Shown: positions 13,357-26,112 of the stretch, piece after piece
Position numbering within the stretch: position 1 is the stretch's first letter
Layout of the letters: each line of letters begins with the position of its first letter
The notes under the pieces: generated by a model
The model's input: only the letters and a program-made list of their open reading frames with translations
Told to the model about the DNA's origin: nothing
The model's database searches: none
Assembly (NCBI GenBank): GCA_964658305.1
Contig: OZ210885.1
Span: forward strand, 10,478,001 to 10,542,000
DNA length: 64,000 nt
Reading direction: 5' to 3'
DNA from: Leptogorgia sarmentosa
Taxonomy: Eukaryota
Program-made: the position numbers and the translations under genes

Positions 13357-14394
13357 TAGTGAGGCGGATATGTGCATGAATATGGAAAATTAGTAGCTTT
13401 GTAGTTTAAAAACCAAGGAAAATTTGAAAAACTATTACTACGTATATACGATAGTACTCGCCCCAGGCCTTTTTCGCGCCTGGGCTTGTGGAACAACAAA
13501 ATATTGTAAAAATGATTAAAAAAGATGTCACAAACAACGCCTGAAGCCTTATTTTTTACTTTCAAACACAAAACACACATAAATGTTGTGAGATAACATC
13601 TTACAAAACGACTATGAGGCATTAATGTTGTTCTTTAGGATTGTTTTTCTGTCAAAAGACTATTGTTTTTCTACTCTTTTTGACTATTTTCAGTAGTCAT
13701 TCTTGTCTTGAGGACATTATTTGTGGTGTATTATGATCATTGTTTTCCATTATTCAGTTCATTTTGAGTTGTTATGGTTGTTCGAAAAATGCTTATCACG
13801 CATAATGACATAATTAAAACTGATTAAGAAATAATAGTTGTTTTTGTTATCATGAAGTACATGTACAACAATATGAATTTGTTTGATTGGAAATTCTAGC
13901 TGCTGCCCAATAACTTTAAAATATCTATATCTGTTAATATCTGGTCATTTTAATTTTTTTCCGTTAAATCATTCAATGAGTAATTCGCACTCGTAGAAAC
14001 TAAGAAAGGTAGAATTCAAAACAAAACAAAAACAAATTGGAAGGCACAGATACTCATGAACTTTGCAAGTTTGCTTATTTCCAGGTAAATTGAAACTGAT
14101 GAATGCACTAAAATATTAACATCTTACCTGACAACAGCTGCAAAAATGTTCCCTTGTGCTTTTTCAGTGTTTCCAACGCAAAATCATAGCACTTCCGGTA
14201 TAATAATGCCTACTTCCGGTTTATATAGCCGCCATTTTAAAGAAACAAACAAATCAAGAGTCTGCAGCAAGATTGAGATGGCCCCACTTGAGATATGTAT
14301 TGAACATGTAAAACTACGTTCATTGTGAAAATCTGGAGCTTTTAACCTGACCGGGAACTATTCACCTAATATTTTGCACATATCCGCCTCACTA
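13357..14394. mobile_element. Non-autonomous DNA transposon, Academ-like (TAG termini, 3-bp TSD)
   Basis: 20-bp TIR TAGTGAGGCGGATATGTGCA; TCA duplicated on both flanks. Confidence 0.7.
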
Positions 14395-14969
14395 TCATTT
14401 TAAATACATATTATAAATTCAAGAACTTCGATTCTGACGGCTGATTTTTTGTTCATTTTGCTACTTTATGAGCTGTTTGACGTAACCAAGCAAGAATAAT
14501 AGAAAATAGTTCGAAAGGAATTCTCGAATTTAAAATACGTAATAATAAGCTTTTATAACTGGATTGGCGTTCATATCATTTTGTGGGGAAAATATTTAAT
14601 GGAAAGACGTTGTTAAGAACGGAATAGAATAGAATATTAATAGCATTTTGTTTATAGGTATAAGAGGACTAATTATAATAATTATGAAAAGAACAGAAAA
14701 ATATAGTAATAAGAGTGATCCATTAAGGCTGTGCCGGATTATCTAGGGGGCAATGGGGGCATTTGCCCCCGGCCCCAGCTCAAAAGCTTGTTTACCGGCC
14801 CAAGAAAAACAATGTATAAAAAATTTCAGTTACTGTTGGTTTCGAAAAAACAAATTTTGATTAAAAATTGCACAATTGAAAGACAGGAAATTCTAGAGTC
14901 CTAAATTACTCAAGAATTATCTGCGTCTATAGACAACGATAAGATTGCAAACTTCAACCTACTTAGCAT

Positions 14970-15297
14970 CATAGGCGTACGAGGCGGGCGGCCCCAAAAA
15001 AATTCAAATTGGAAAATTCGGGCACTGATTTTGAGCATAATTCGGGCAACATGAGGAATAGGTTGAAGGAATAAGGTAATGTCAACAATCCTCCAGTCGT
15101 TCACCTGAACGAGCGTACCCAGAAAGTGGACTTAGGACTTTGAAATCGCCGTTTCCGGCAATCCGAGGTTGTAAAAGTTCAAAAATTTCTCGCTCGGCGC
15201 CAACCATGGTGGCGCCTCGTGACATTCGCTCCCCTCAAATTCGGGCAAAGATAAAATTTCTGCCCCCCTCTGAAAAAATTTACCACGTACGCTTATG
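14970..15297. mobile_element. hAT-type MITE
   Basis: TIR CATAGGCGTACG / CGTACGCTTATG; perfect 8-bp TSD CTTAGCAT. Confidence 0.85.
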
Positions 15298-15679
15298 CTT
15301 AGCATTGAACACGAAATACTAGACTCACTTAAGTTAATGTCGCTGTGGTAAAAGCCACTTTCACGTTAAAATGCTATTCCCTATGTTCATGCATATTATC
15401 GTTTTTGACTATACAATGGGCAAGACTTTCAATTTGATTACATATATGTTTCATGTTTTCATATTCACCAAATTACGGTCCTTTACTTTTTGTTTGTCCC
15501 GGCCCAATGACGGGTTAATCCGGCGCTGCATTAAGGATCCCATGACAACCATAGATAGGTATAAAAGAGCTTGTAGTTTGCTTTACGACATATAAGACGT
15601 ATATATAGATATTCCACTGAATTGTAGGTTCTCTATGGAACAGACGTTATATTGAGCAGTGGTTTGATTATTTTGACAG

Positions 15680-15929
15680 ATTGATCGGATAAATGCAAAC
15701 GGTGTCGTGCATAGTTACGAAGATGTGCTTATAAAGGAGAGAATTGAAACAATGCGCGTGGTCCAGAACTCCCTTTTTTGTGTTTATCCGCTCAAATATA
15801 TTGATGGTACAGCTGGAGAGAAAGTCACAGAGTGGAACTTGAACGGCGACGAGCGACAAAGCACCAATCTTTTCCACACTGAGAGAGTTTTAAGGATTAA
15901 CAATTCTGGCAACCTTGTGGCTATATTAG
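15680..15929 (+). CDS. WD40-repeat protein exon (degenerate blades)
   Basis: ttttgacag acceptor, tag/gtaaat donor; open frame IDRINANG...KVTEWNLNG...NNSGNLVAIL; phase 0 to 1 fits both neighbours. Confidence 0.78.
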
Positions 15930-16297
15930 GTAAATAATTTAACTGTTATTATTTTATTTTCTAATCTCAATTGCACAAGGTGTGCTCGCGTAATTCATAC
16001 ATTGGAAAACTAGAAGAAAAACATTAGCATGCGCACATGCTGCAAAAATAGAATTGTTGTCATGATCTACAACGCCCAGGATAACTCCACCAAACGCGTA
16101 ATAAAGGGTCGTGACAATGTTGTGTTATTAAAATATTTATTACTACTGTGATGCAAGGCGTCACCGGGCGAGACTTGAGGCCATTCATTATATCAGTGAC
16201 CTCTAAGATTACAGCGCGGCACACTTTAAATGTGATCAACATAGAGCCTACATGTGACGTACAGCACGCAATTGCAAAGTCAAGCTTGCACTTTAAG

Positions 16298-16606
16298 GGC
16301 CTGTTTATACGATCCCTCTTAACCGGGATTCAATGAAGCGTCAAATGATTTTGAGGTATTGAAATGAGTAACGTTCATGAAACGAAACAACCAAAGTTAG
16401 GACACTTTTAGCACAAATCACCAAAAAAGATATATTTTACAAAAATTGATGCCCAACAACATTTTGCCAGTTTGATATTTCAGCAGAACAAAATCTTAGG
16501 CAACCAACAGTTTAGCATTTCTTCAAATCATAAATTATGACTCATTTCAATACCTCAAAATCATTTTGCGCTTCATTGAATCCCGGGTGAGTGGGATCAT
16601 ATAAAT
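16298..16606. mobile_element. PIF/Harbinger-type MITE (same family as 26561-26877)
   Basis: ~70-bp inverted arms tttatacgatccc...ccgggattcaatgaagcg / cgcttcattgaatcccggg...gggatcatataaa. Confidence 0.7.
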
Positions 16607-16639
16607 AATATAAATATAACGAACGTGTATCCGTTACGG

Positions 16640-17016
16640 AAATTCACATAATATTTCACAAGTGAAATGCTAATTTCACATGTGAAAGGTTTATTTCACA
16701 TGTGATTCAGTTAATTTCACATGTGAAACGCTAATTTCACCTGTGAAATCGGCAATTTTCACATGTGAAATGAAATTTTGTGTGAAATCCTTATTTCACA
16801 CGTGAAAAGTTATATGTGAAATTAAATCACATGTGAAATCTTAAATTCACATGTGAATTTTTCATATGTGAAATTCAATCACATGTGAAATCCATATTTC
16901 ACATGTGAAAAGTTATATGTGAAATTCAATCACATGTAAAATCTTAAAATCACATGTGAAATTTTCATATGTGCAATTCAATCACATATGAAATCCTCAT
17001 TTCACATGTGAAAAGT
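16640..17016. repeat. TTCACATGTGAA palindromic minisatellite with ~103-bp higher-order period; mirror copy 63828-64000
   Basis: More than 15 copies of CACATGTG-like units; tttcaca.gtgaaaagt recurs at about 16794, 16897 and 17000. Confidence 0.85.
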
Positions 17017-17237
17017 TTAGCTGCATCTTACCAAATGTCAGATTTAAAGCGATGTTATTTGGATGAGACTCGCTGGAAATTTGTGCAGATAAGTCCCTGT
17101 TTACACTGCTAACATTTCCTAATTAATATGTTATGTAAAGAATTGTGAAAAGCGAGTTGTGTAGCAGTCTATGTGAACAATTTCTGAGACAGCAACTTAA
17201 ATAACGTGACGTCCTCCGGACCCTACCTCCCCCACAG

Positions 17238-17398
17238 GCGCTTTATGCTTTTAATAGAAATTAGGAATTTGCGGGCGCAAATTCTGAGATGCGCGGGCAG
17301 TTTTGATACTGCGGGAAAGTTGGAGTGTCAAAACTACCCGCGCATCCCTAAATTTACGCCCGCACCTATTAATAATTTCTATTAAAAGCATAAAAGCG
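17238..17398. repeat. ~160-bp hairpin palindrome (mirror copy ~63446-63605)
   Basis: cgctttatgcttttaatagaaatta...taatttctattaaaagcataaaagcg with paired internal arms. Confidence 0.75.
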
Positions 17399-17839
17399 AC
17401 TGTTGAAGACACGGCTCGGTATTCGAAATTAAGTTGCCAGTTGCGACAAATTCCTTTTAGTAACATACCTGCAGCATAAATCACTATGAAGCTAAAATTG
17501 CGTCACAAATATTGGCAAAATAATTATTCTGTATAATGTAGCCGTTAGATAACACGGCTAACAATCCACGATCAGCTCGCAAGTGATGGCAAAAATTGAT
17601 TCGCGTGAAATGCCGGTTCGATAAAATGGCTGTAAATCCAAATTAAAATACGTCTCACGTTGTATCAAAATTGCCTTGGGAAAGAAGAACATTGGGTAGG
17701 CTCTGCGATCAAAATCTTTCGTTCGTAACAACCACTATAAATATAAAACATGGCTATCAATCCAAAATTGATCGCCAAAATTAATTGCCTCGCGTAACAT
17801 TGCCTTAACAGATTTAAAAATTTTAAACCACACTTTTAG

Positions 17840-18201
17840 GTCGTGGTTCTTTGGTGATTGAGAACTTCAGAACTGGAAAGGTTCTCTATAGATTTCCAAT
17901 TGAACTTCCTGATCGTATCACAGCGTTGGCATTAGCGCCTGGAAGTGAATTACTTTTGTCGTGCACGAATATTTATGATGAGAAGAAGCTGAAACTGTGG
18001 AACCTACCAAATGGAGAGTGTGTTGAAGAGTTTCATTTCGACCGGAATGTTTTAGCCATCGCATGTGGCTCAAATGGAATGGTTTGTGTTGGCCTGGCAG
18101 GAGGTCGGGTCTGCTTCCTTCGTCTTAATAAGTTATCCTCGCATTCAAAACAACTGCAACCAAAAGGTCGAAGACTTAAGAGGAATTGCAACATTGTCTG
18201 A
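17840..18201 (+). CDS. WD40-repeat protein, terminal exon (NWD/TEP1/Apaf-like C-terminal propeller suspected)
   Basis: ttttag acceptor; GRGSLVIENFRTGKVLYRF...ITALALAPGSELLLSC...LKLWNLPNGECV...GLAGGRVCFLRL; ends at TGA. Confidence 0.88.
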
Positions 18202-19025
18202 AATGAATATTAAACGTGGAAACAAGGATATGTGGAGTAGCAATATCAATATTTCTTGCTATGACAAAATGCTCTAAAATATATATAAAGTAAAATAATG
18301 ACTCAAAAAACCAAAACCATTGAAATGAACGCATTGCTGGAATTTGAAAGCCCTTTCAATTTGAACTCGCAAAAATTCGTAAAAACCGATATACTTCATT
18401 AAAACCAAATTTTGAATAGACTGAAATAATGGCTTGCAAAATTAGCTTAGCTTAGCGATGCCCCAGGAATAAGCTAATCAGCTTATTCCTGGGGCATTGA
18501 AATTCAAACAATGCGCTTATTTCAATGGTTTCGGGTTTCTTGGGACACCCTGTAGACTAATATTCGATTATGACTATTTTTTACCAAAACAACCAGCATT
18601 CCAAGTATTTCGGGAATCTCAAAAGTAGAGATGTTGAAAAATATTTGAATGTTGCAGTGAAATTATTACGCAATAGGCACAATGAATACAAGGACGACAA
18701 TACATTCCCAAACTTGGGGTGTGGGTTTTGATTTTCTCAGAGTTGAAAACGTTTCTGCATCCTTCTTACAAGTACGTTCCTGCAAGTACTCCAGGAAGGG
18801 TATAGGAACGTTTTCAGATTAGTTGTAAGGACCCAACTTCTCACAAGGCGTCACCATGGTTTGCGCTAAATCAGAAAATTGTGAACATTTAATACCTCGA
18901 GATCGCCGGAAACTTCCATTTCCGAACCTTAAAGTGTCCATGTCAGAAAATGGGTTTTTGCATTTTTGAAATGTATAGGTAAAATACGTTTATAAGTTCT
19001 AAAACAGAAATACGATTGCGTTTTT

Positions 19026-20308
19026 GTATCTGCGCAGCAGATATATTGCTATCGAGTTGTTAGCTGTTAACTGTTAGCTTGCAGCCAATCGGCGAATTCG
19101 TTAGTTAAATCTGATTCAATTTAGCCAATAGACGACAACATAACATTGAGATGACGTAATTCTCACTGAGCATCTCGCAAAACCGTACGCGTGAAGGTGT
19201 GTTTTCAGGCTACAAATATGGCGACGGCTCTGAAGAGCGAAGTCGGACGGTTAACTTTATAAACAAAGAATGTTGAGGTCAATCAACAACGTTTTGTGGC
19301 AGTTGCTGGCATGACTGGTGTCCGATTTAGTTTTACGTACTGAAATAGAAGTTAATTTATGAGCGTTTACGCCGTTTAGAACACTATTTATACTAAGGAA
19401 ATTTATACGCAAAAATATCATGACGCAAATTGCAGACATTGGCATTGCTTTTAAAGATATTAATTAAAGAGGTTCGCGTTCGCTATGCAATTTAGATCAT
19501 CAAAGGAAAAATATCATGACGCAATTTATACAATTGAACACAGCGAATATTTAAGGTTATGAAAGAGTTTAATGTCTTGAGTCTCTTGACACAATTGCGC
19601 GTATATTTTCCCTACGATACTTCAGCGTGTCGGCACACACGCACTATACATGTTTGGACTGCCCGCGGTGTCATTGTGATCACGGAATATCTACTATATT
19701 TTGACGCTTCGCCATACAGAATGGTTGAACCACTCAATCCCAGGAAAATAGATTTCGTAGCTTGTAATAAAACGGGTTTGTCATATCACATATAGAATCA
19801 TATATAGTTTCAAGTATTCTGTTTTGAACCTACGCGCAATGCGCATACCGATCATACATACACTTTAGCGTCTACGCAAATGCGCATGAATGGACGGAAT
19901 ATATTGTATATAAATATATTATTATGATACGGTATTGAAAAGGGTAAATTTGGGTTTTAGAGAGCCACATTTTTCACAAACAATCGCAAAGCGCTGTGTC
20001 TATTTAAAGACGCAATAACATAAAATGCGATATCATAATGTCGTCAAGTTGCAATTCCTTATGCAATTTGATATATGATCGCGGGAATTCCGGAATGCGA
20101 GATAGTCATGAAACAACCTCACGTCTTGAAAGAAATTAGTATTTGCACTATTCGCCTATTCCCTAGCAGTAAACCATTTTATACATGCAAGATCGCGTAT
20201 TAGGGACAGATAAGATGCGTGTATCGAAAAGCTGAAAACAAATAAGACTTGATTATTAAGCTACCCTACATAGGCGCAGATACATGTACACTTTGTGTAC
20301 CTATTTTT
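19026..20308 (+). mobile_element. HINE/DINE-1-like element nested in the Kolobok left TIR
   Basis: 5' gtatctgcgcagcagata, 3' cgcagatac + gtacac-ttt-gtgtac hairpin + tattttt; inserted in a T tract, and the TIR match resumes after it. Confidence 0.65.
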
Positions 20309-21074
20309 AGTTTTAATGTTATAAGCCATTGAAATTTGGGGAACTGGTGACTATGACGTCAAAATAGTAACTCGTTGGCAGTAGGCCTAACTCAAAGGCA
20401 TATAAATACATAGGACTAGTCGCAACATAAGCGCTATATATTAAATAAAATGGCCCCGCCGAGTTCAGATACGGAAAGTAACAGCTGGTACAGTGATGAC
20501 CCTGAGTGGAACTATATTCCTGGGCCAATATGAGATCGAAAATCCAAGTACAACCGATTAAAATATCTGTGAAGCGCAGTCATACAGCGATCGCGCTCAA
20601 GATGCCGTAGGTCTTTGCGCAAATGAACCAATTGCTGCGGTTTGTATTTTAAATTCGCTACTGTTGTCCTTCTCAGACTTGTGACACTCGCTGTTGATTA
20701 TGTTACACTGCACACCTAAATAGATTAGAATGTAGAAACAATGTGCACCATACAATGTCTATATACGCATGCATACAAGTATGCGCGTGCATGCGTGCGA
20801 TTGATTGGTACCAGGTGTTATAGCACATTAAGTAAATTACGCATCTCACTTGTGCTTTGTTACGCTATACACACGATTTGATTCCATTTTTATACCGAGT
20901 TATGCCGGCGAAGCAACAAAACCGCCGCGTAGCAATGAAACCACTAGCCTGTGTTTACATGCGTCTGCGAGCAGGCTATGAAAGCAAAGAAATCTGAAAC
21001 ATAAGACGGGTTTTCCCAGCAATTTGGGCAAGCAGGATTGCAACTACACCAGTTTCGTCTGTAGACAACCGCAT

Positions 21075-21320
21075 TTATTTACGGGAAGGACAAGAAAAGA
21101 TTTGCGTAAAATCTTCTTTTGCAAAATGCGCAGAACAAATGCTTGAGACTGAAGTGGGTTCCCACTTTGCTCGTTTAAGTTGAACAAAGCCAACCCACAG
21201 TTTGCGTCTCCTTTTCGTATCAGGCCTTTCGTCTCCAGCAAAAGGTATAAAATGGAGTGAAATGCCTTGTTTGGCATCAGCTACATTAGAGCATCCTCCG
21301 ACAACACATCTATTCGGCAT
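21075..21320 (-). CDS. THAP domain (truncated Kolobok transposase N-terminus)
   Basis: MPNRCVVGGCSN...SLHFIP...W...R...ICSAHF is a C2CH THAP signature. Confidence 0.85.
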   Translation of the reverse strand: MPNRCVVGGCSNVADAKQGISLHFIPFAGDERPDTKRRRKLWVGFVQLKRAKWEPTSVSSICSAHFAKEDFTQIFSCPSRK

Positions 21321-22128
21321 TTTTAAAATTTCGTGACTTTTATTTTCAATATCACTGTCTATATGCTGCTACACGCAATAGTACTTTCTGTATCGCGAGT
21401 CAGACGAGTTACTATTTTGACGTCACACACCTAAACTCGTCCCAGTCTCATTTTCGCAACTTTCATATTTTTCAGAATGCAAATTTTACTAAGAAACGGC
21501 TATAACTTTAAAACTAAAAACGCAATCTTAATTCTGTTTTAGAACTTATAAACTTATTTTAGCTATAGATTTCAAAAATGCAAAAACCCATTTTCTGACA
21601 TGGGGACTTTAACTCTACCTCTTTGATAAGGTCATTTAGCTGTACGAATCGAAGATCGCTTTCATTAAGTATTATATTGCTGTATAACTTTTATAATTAC
21701 TTTTGTCAAAAGTAAAAGAAAACGAGAAATGGTTAACAGTGGGGACAGTTATATAGTTGTCTCCCCAAGCCAAAAATTCTGGGACCCCACAAGATTGACA
21801 CCATTTATAAAGTATTTGGCACACGCGATTAGCTCATGTGCAAAAAATTGGAACCGTATACGAAAATGGGCTGACTTCGTCTTTTCGTTGACTTAATTCG
21901 ATTGTTTCGTCTCCATGGTTAACTTTCAAACCTCGGTCTTCATGTCTTGACATTGGCCTCGGTTTGATATTTACCGTGCACTCCTCATGCTTAGTCAGTA
22001 AGTAGGTACTTGATTTTTAACCATATTCCAAGATTTCAACGATCAATGGCTATATTTATCTCAAGTGTGGGACGTTCTTACATGATACTTAAGATGAAAT
22101 TTTCAGAGTAAATTTTACGGCGGTTTTC

Positions 22129-22353
22129 CAGTTACGCGTTTTTCGTACGTACGTACGTACGTATAAAAATTAATGAAATTGATTTTAACGTTAGTTTCTA
22201 TGCAATCACCATGAATACATGTAAAGCATCTCATACTTTGAATGATGTAGTATGTGTTTCTAAAGGTATTTTATTAATAGAATGAAATATAGAGAGATTT
22301 AGACTTTTACGTGCGTAGCCGTACGTGTGAAAACGGGTAACTGGAATGCAGCC
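22129..22353. mobile_element. Harbinger-type MITE present in both arms (mirror ~61087-61315)
   Basis: ggcggttttccagttacgcgttt / aaaacgggtaactggaatgcagcc inverted ends. Confidence 0.55.
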
Positions 22354-23500
22354 TTTAGTTGTGAAATTCGAAGCGAAATAGGATATTGAAAGCGCTAGTT
22401 GACTTGTTGCATGGTGTATGGGACAATATCGTTCCCTTGAATATCAGTGTCGGAAAATCGGTAAATTTCTATATCGGCGCGTTACTGGAAATTTTTGAAA
22501 GTCATTAATTTGATAATAGGCGCAGGCTTCATATTTTCTGACATGGAGATTGATTATTTCTACTTCAATGTTTAATACATTTTACCTCATTCAATATCCT
22601 TACTGTCAGTATTTCAAAAATACTTGTCGGGGAGGAGAAATGGGGTGGAAGGGAAAATATTTCAGTGGCACTCTGCGTGTTTTGAATTCACCTGTCTTAT
22701 TACAAACATTTTTATTCAGTCCATGCTGTAAATAATTATCGAGAAAACGTCATGCTAAGAATTTTCTCTTAATTCTCAATGACGGTATAGTAAACGTATA
22801 AGATAGTTAAAATAGTATCACTGAATAAGTTAAACAGTGAACATATGTGGAAATGTTTAGCAATTCGCCTAATCAATATAAGAGGCAACTGCATATTTGA
22901 AAATGATTTTGTTTCAACTTTAGTGTAGATTTTTAGTTGTATTTGCTGGTTTACAACTATCGAATTATTATAGAACATTTGTCAATAAAAGTAAAATTAC
23001 CAATGATGTTTGCAATGGTCGTCACATTTACAGCATTACCAGCAAACCTTACTGAACTTCAGACGTCATTATCTCTTAATTAGTCGTATTTTCTAAAATC
23101 TTTTCATTTCAGCAGTGTTTTACAGATACAACATTGGACCATCGATCCTTATAAGTTTGTTTGCAGACTAAGGGACCCTTCATATGAGAAAAGTTATCTC
23201 TGTTGGCAAGAAAATATTTCGAGTGTCTAATGACTCAGTTCTGCTCTTATTGAGCACGTTATAACGTCACCACGCTTATCGAGTGAATTGTTTTCGGCCG
23301 GGAAAGGCTGGGCGCTGGGTCAACCGGGGACGAATCGGATGGGACTGTCGAACTTACTGGACTATTCTTCATTCCAACTAACACAAATTAATCCACCTTG
23401 GTCTGTATGAATATAACACCAAACCTAATTAAAATAATTTTAAAAAACTATTTTCAAGATTCATTATGTAGATTTCAGCTTCGGAAGCATGAGCTTGTAC

Positions 23501-23614
23501 CTTGTGGGTTCTTCCGAAGGATCCAGCAAGATCCATATTTTGCTCCAGCTAATTTATCAACAACATCAGGACAATCTCGGGCTGAGTTGAATATCTCGCC
23601 CAATGTTGGAGAAC
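23501..23614 (-). pseudogene. Orphan phase 1-1 exon of an extracellular-type module (decayed mirror copy at ~59235-59351)
   Basis: tacag acceptor, aag/gtacaa donor; GSPTLGEIFNSARDCPDVVDKLAGAKYGSCWI resembles the ARxC..G.YWI motif of COLFI/fibrinogen-like modules. Confidence 0.4.
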
Positions 23615-23830
23615 CTGTATTGCCAGGTGAAAAACGGCACAAATAAAATATGAATTGGTAATAATATAATTCTATACTTTTTCGAAGAAACTTTTTCAAA
23701 AGTTGTCTCATTTTGCGGAATATTTTGGCATCATTAAATTAAAATTTCGTTTAGACCAACTGAATAAAATCAAAACCCCGCGCAAAAATATGCTTACATT
23801 TACCATCACGACGTCTGAACACACCAAACA

Positions 23831-23877
23831 CGTCCCTGGTTGGACTCGAACGCGCTAACTGATTGCGCCACAGAGAC
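23831..23877 (-). pseudogene. tRNA-Asn lacking the anticodon arm (27-nt deletion)
   Basis: Deletion between two GTTCG direct repeats; identical deletion at 57601-57647. Confidence 0.85.
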
Positions 23878-24031
23878 CGACTCCATGCGAAAGGTCACGG
23901 GTTCGATTCCCGTGCAAGCCCTTGTTAATTAACCAAATGTTCTCTTTTTTCAAAGCTTTCGTAAGTCCTTCGAAAACCCCGCGCAAAAAATCGGTTACAT
24001 TTACCGTCACGACGTCTGAACACACCAAACA

Positions 24032-24105
24032 CGTCCCTGGTTGGACTCGAACCAACAACCTTTCGGTTAACAGCCAAACGCGCTAACCGATTGCGCCACA
24101 GAGAC
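24032..24105 (-). tRNA. trnN: tRNA-Asn(GTT)
   Basis: Full cloverleaf gtctctg...cagggacg; anticodon GTT; one U-G pair in the anticodon stem. Confidence 0.88.
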
Positions 24106-24371
24106 CTACTCCGTTGAAAACATTCCAAAAACAAATACAAAAATAATGGATATTACTATTTAATAACAACATACACTCGTGAGTTTTCCAAAGACCCCAA
24201 ATAGCACCCGTCCTTCGGAGTCGAGTTAGAAGTTGAAAACTTTGCTTTAAAAAAGTTTCTTAGGGAACTTCTTTTTATAACTTTTCTCTTTTTTTCTCCT
24301 TTATTGCATCCTATAACACCAAAATTTTCCCAAATACATTGTGCATAGAAAATTTTGAAAATTTGCTGTTG

Positions 24372-24453
24372 TGTAGTCGGCAGGATTTGAAACTGCGCGG
24401 GAAACTCCCAACAGATTTCAAGTCTGTCGCCTTAACCACTCGGCCATGACTAC
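24372..24453 (-). tRNA. trnS: tRNA-Ser(TGA), variant T arm
   Basis: Long variable arm; gac-t-TGA-aa-tct; G53>T change. Confidence 0.7.
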
Positions 24454-24665
24454 GTTGGCATTAATATTGCCTTGCACTTCGAACTGAATGAATCTTCAAT
24501 CTGCCCGTAAACTCGAACAAAATATTTTAGTACTTAACAGCAGGACTAATCGTTTTCAAGTATAATGGATGTATTTAACACGAACGGTAGTATATGCATC
24601 TTAACACTTTGGGTTGCATTTTTTCCCATGAATTTGTAAGTTTTCCAGTTTATAGGTATGATAAG

Positions 24666-24737
24666 AAGGAGCGGGCGGATTTGAACCACCGACCTCTCGA
24701 TCTGCAGTCGAATGCTCTACCACTGAGCTACACTCTC
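24666..24737 (-). tRNA. trnC: tRNA-Cys(GCA)
   Basis: ttcga-ct-GCA-ga-tcgag; one acceptor-stem change. Confidence 0.8.
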
Positions 24738-24948
24738 TGGGTGGACTACCAGGTTAACTATGTACATATTATTTCAAACGCAGCTATAATCAATTCACGG
24801 ACCTCTTTTTTTCAATTTTACATTCAAATACAAAATCATCTCGAATCTGTCACTTTAAACACTCATCGCCACCACCACCGAGAACAGAATCTCTTCTCAT
24901 CAAGTTTTTCCCCCAAAAAATCATGTTTACATTCGAGGCTTTGCAAAG

Positions 24949-25033
24949 CGTCGTCGGCAGGATTTGAACCTGCGCGGGAAACTACTCCCAACAGATTTCT
25001 AGTCTGTCGCCTTAACCGCTCGGCCACGACTAC
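24949..25033 (-). tRNA. trnS: tRNA-Ser(AGA), variant
   Basis: Anticodon AGA; 3-nt insertion in the variable arm; acceptor mismatch. Confidence 0.72.
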
Positions 25034-25847
25034 ATTGCTACAACCAACAGGTTTCGCGTTATTCAACTAAACATTCACATCTAAAAAGCTACAACAACTG
25101 TGCGAATTAAACATTACCTATTACACAGGTGTGTAATTAATTTTTCAAATACCTCGGTTTCGAGCCCGTGATATGCGAGTGGTAAATTTAAAAACAAGTA
25201 AAACTACAGTAAAATTTTCGTTTCTCGTATAATTTTACGATGGATTTTCATTTGTTTGATATTGAAATTTCCCTGAAATTGACTACAATGATATTAAAAG
25301 AAATTACACGTGTTCTCGAAGTATTAATGAAAAATTGCACTTATGTTTGGCGAAATACCGCCAAATATTTCGCCAAACAAGCGTGCAATTTTTCATTAAT
25401 ACTTCTCGAACCGCGTAATTTCCTATACAAGTTTGCTGGGACGTGCGAACGATTTTGCAAAGATGAACGACTTGCAGTTACTTTTACCAGTCCATGCATG
25501 TTTTTTTATCAACATGTTTTTTATCTAAATTGGAAAAGCATCTCAATCTCACTCCTTCATCTTGGTGCACTAAACGAGAAGTATAGCAATTCCTCAATCT
25601 CACCCTCCCAAACACTAACAAGACAATACAAAAACAACATAAACACAGTATTTCCGATGACCATTGAAAATTCGAAATGGTTTTAAAATCGTTCGATTTT
25701 AACTGCGATTGACACAAAAACCTAAAAATGTGTGCCCCCGTCACGTATTCGGCTCACGTCAGTTGTCAAGAGAAAATCAGAACGGGATGTGGCATGTTGA
25801 AGGTAGCAAAGAATAAATGTGGTAGGAAATTCCATGTTTTCATGTGT

Positions 25848-25971
25848 GTCAGGATGGCCAAGCGGTCTAAGGCGCCAGACTCAATTGCAAAAACTTGTCA
25901 CGATCAACCTTGACATAATAGGACGTTCTGGTCCACACATGTGGTCGTGGGTTCGAATCCCACTCCTGACA
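25848..25971 (+). tRNA. trnL: tRNA-Leu(CAA) with 40-nt intron (variant copy)
   Basis: gtcagga...ccagact-CAA, intron, ttctgg...tcctgaca; G37>T and a D-arm change relative to the 39281 copy. Confidence 0.8.
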
Positions 25972-26112
25972 AAAATTTTACAAAAAAATTGAGAACATTT
26001 CTTTTCAAAGCTGATCTATTTACACAAATTCGATATCACCAAGAATATTTTTCTGGTTTTTACTGACAAATTGCAAAGAAAAAAAATCTCCAGTTAAAAA
26101 AGCTCATATGTA

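Larger units (their letters stand above)
18933..21608 (-). mobile_element. Kolobok-type DNA transposon (deleted derivative with THAP domain)
   Basis: TTAA duplicated at 18929-32 and 21609-12; AG...CT termini; >90-bp imperfect TIRs; the mirror arm has a single TTAA at ~61897 (empty site). Confidence 0.88.
16844..24840 (+). repeat. Left arm of large inverted segmental duplication
   Basis: Collinear reverse-complement match to 64000 down to ~56550, roughly 90-95% by eye, with arm-specific insertions. Confidence 0.92.

Noticed and set aside
17251..17484. ORF conserved with 63378-63593 as a separate small gene
   Set aside because: It lies over an intronic hairpin repeat, and its conservation only reflects the inverted duplication.
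135..18201. Naming the WD40 gene as NWD1, TEP1 or APAF1
   Set aside because: Only C-terminal WD40 exons are visible, so orthology cannot be fixed without the upstream domains.
24372..24453. TGA in the anticodon loop read as a selenocysteine or opal-suppressor tRNA
   Set aside because: Anticodon TGA reads TCA (Ser). A suppressor or Sec tRNA would have anticodon TCA.
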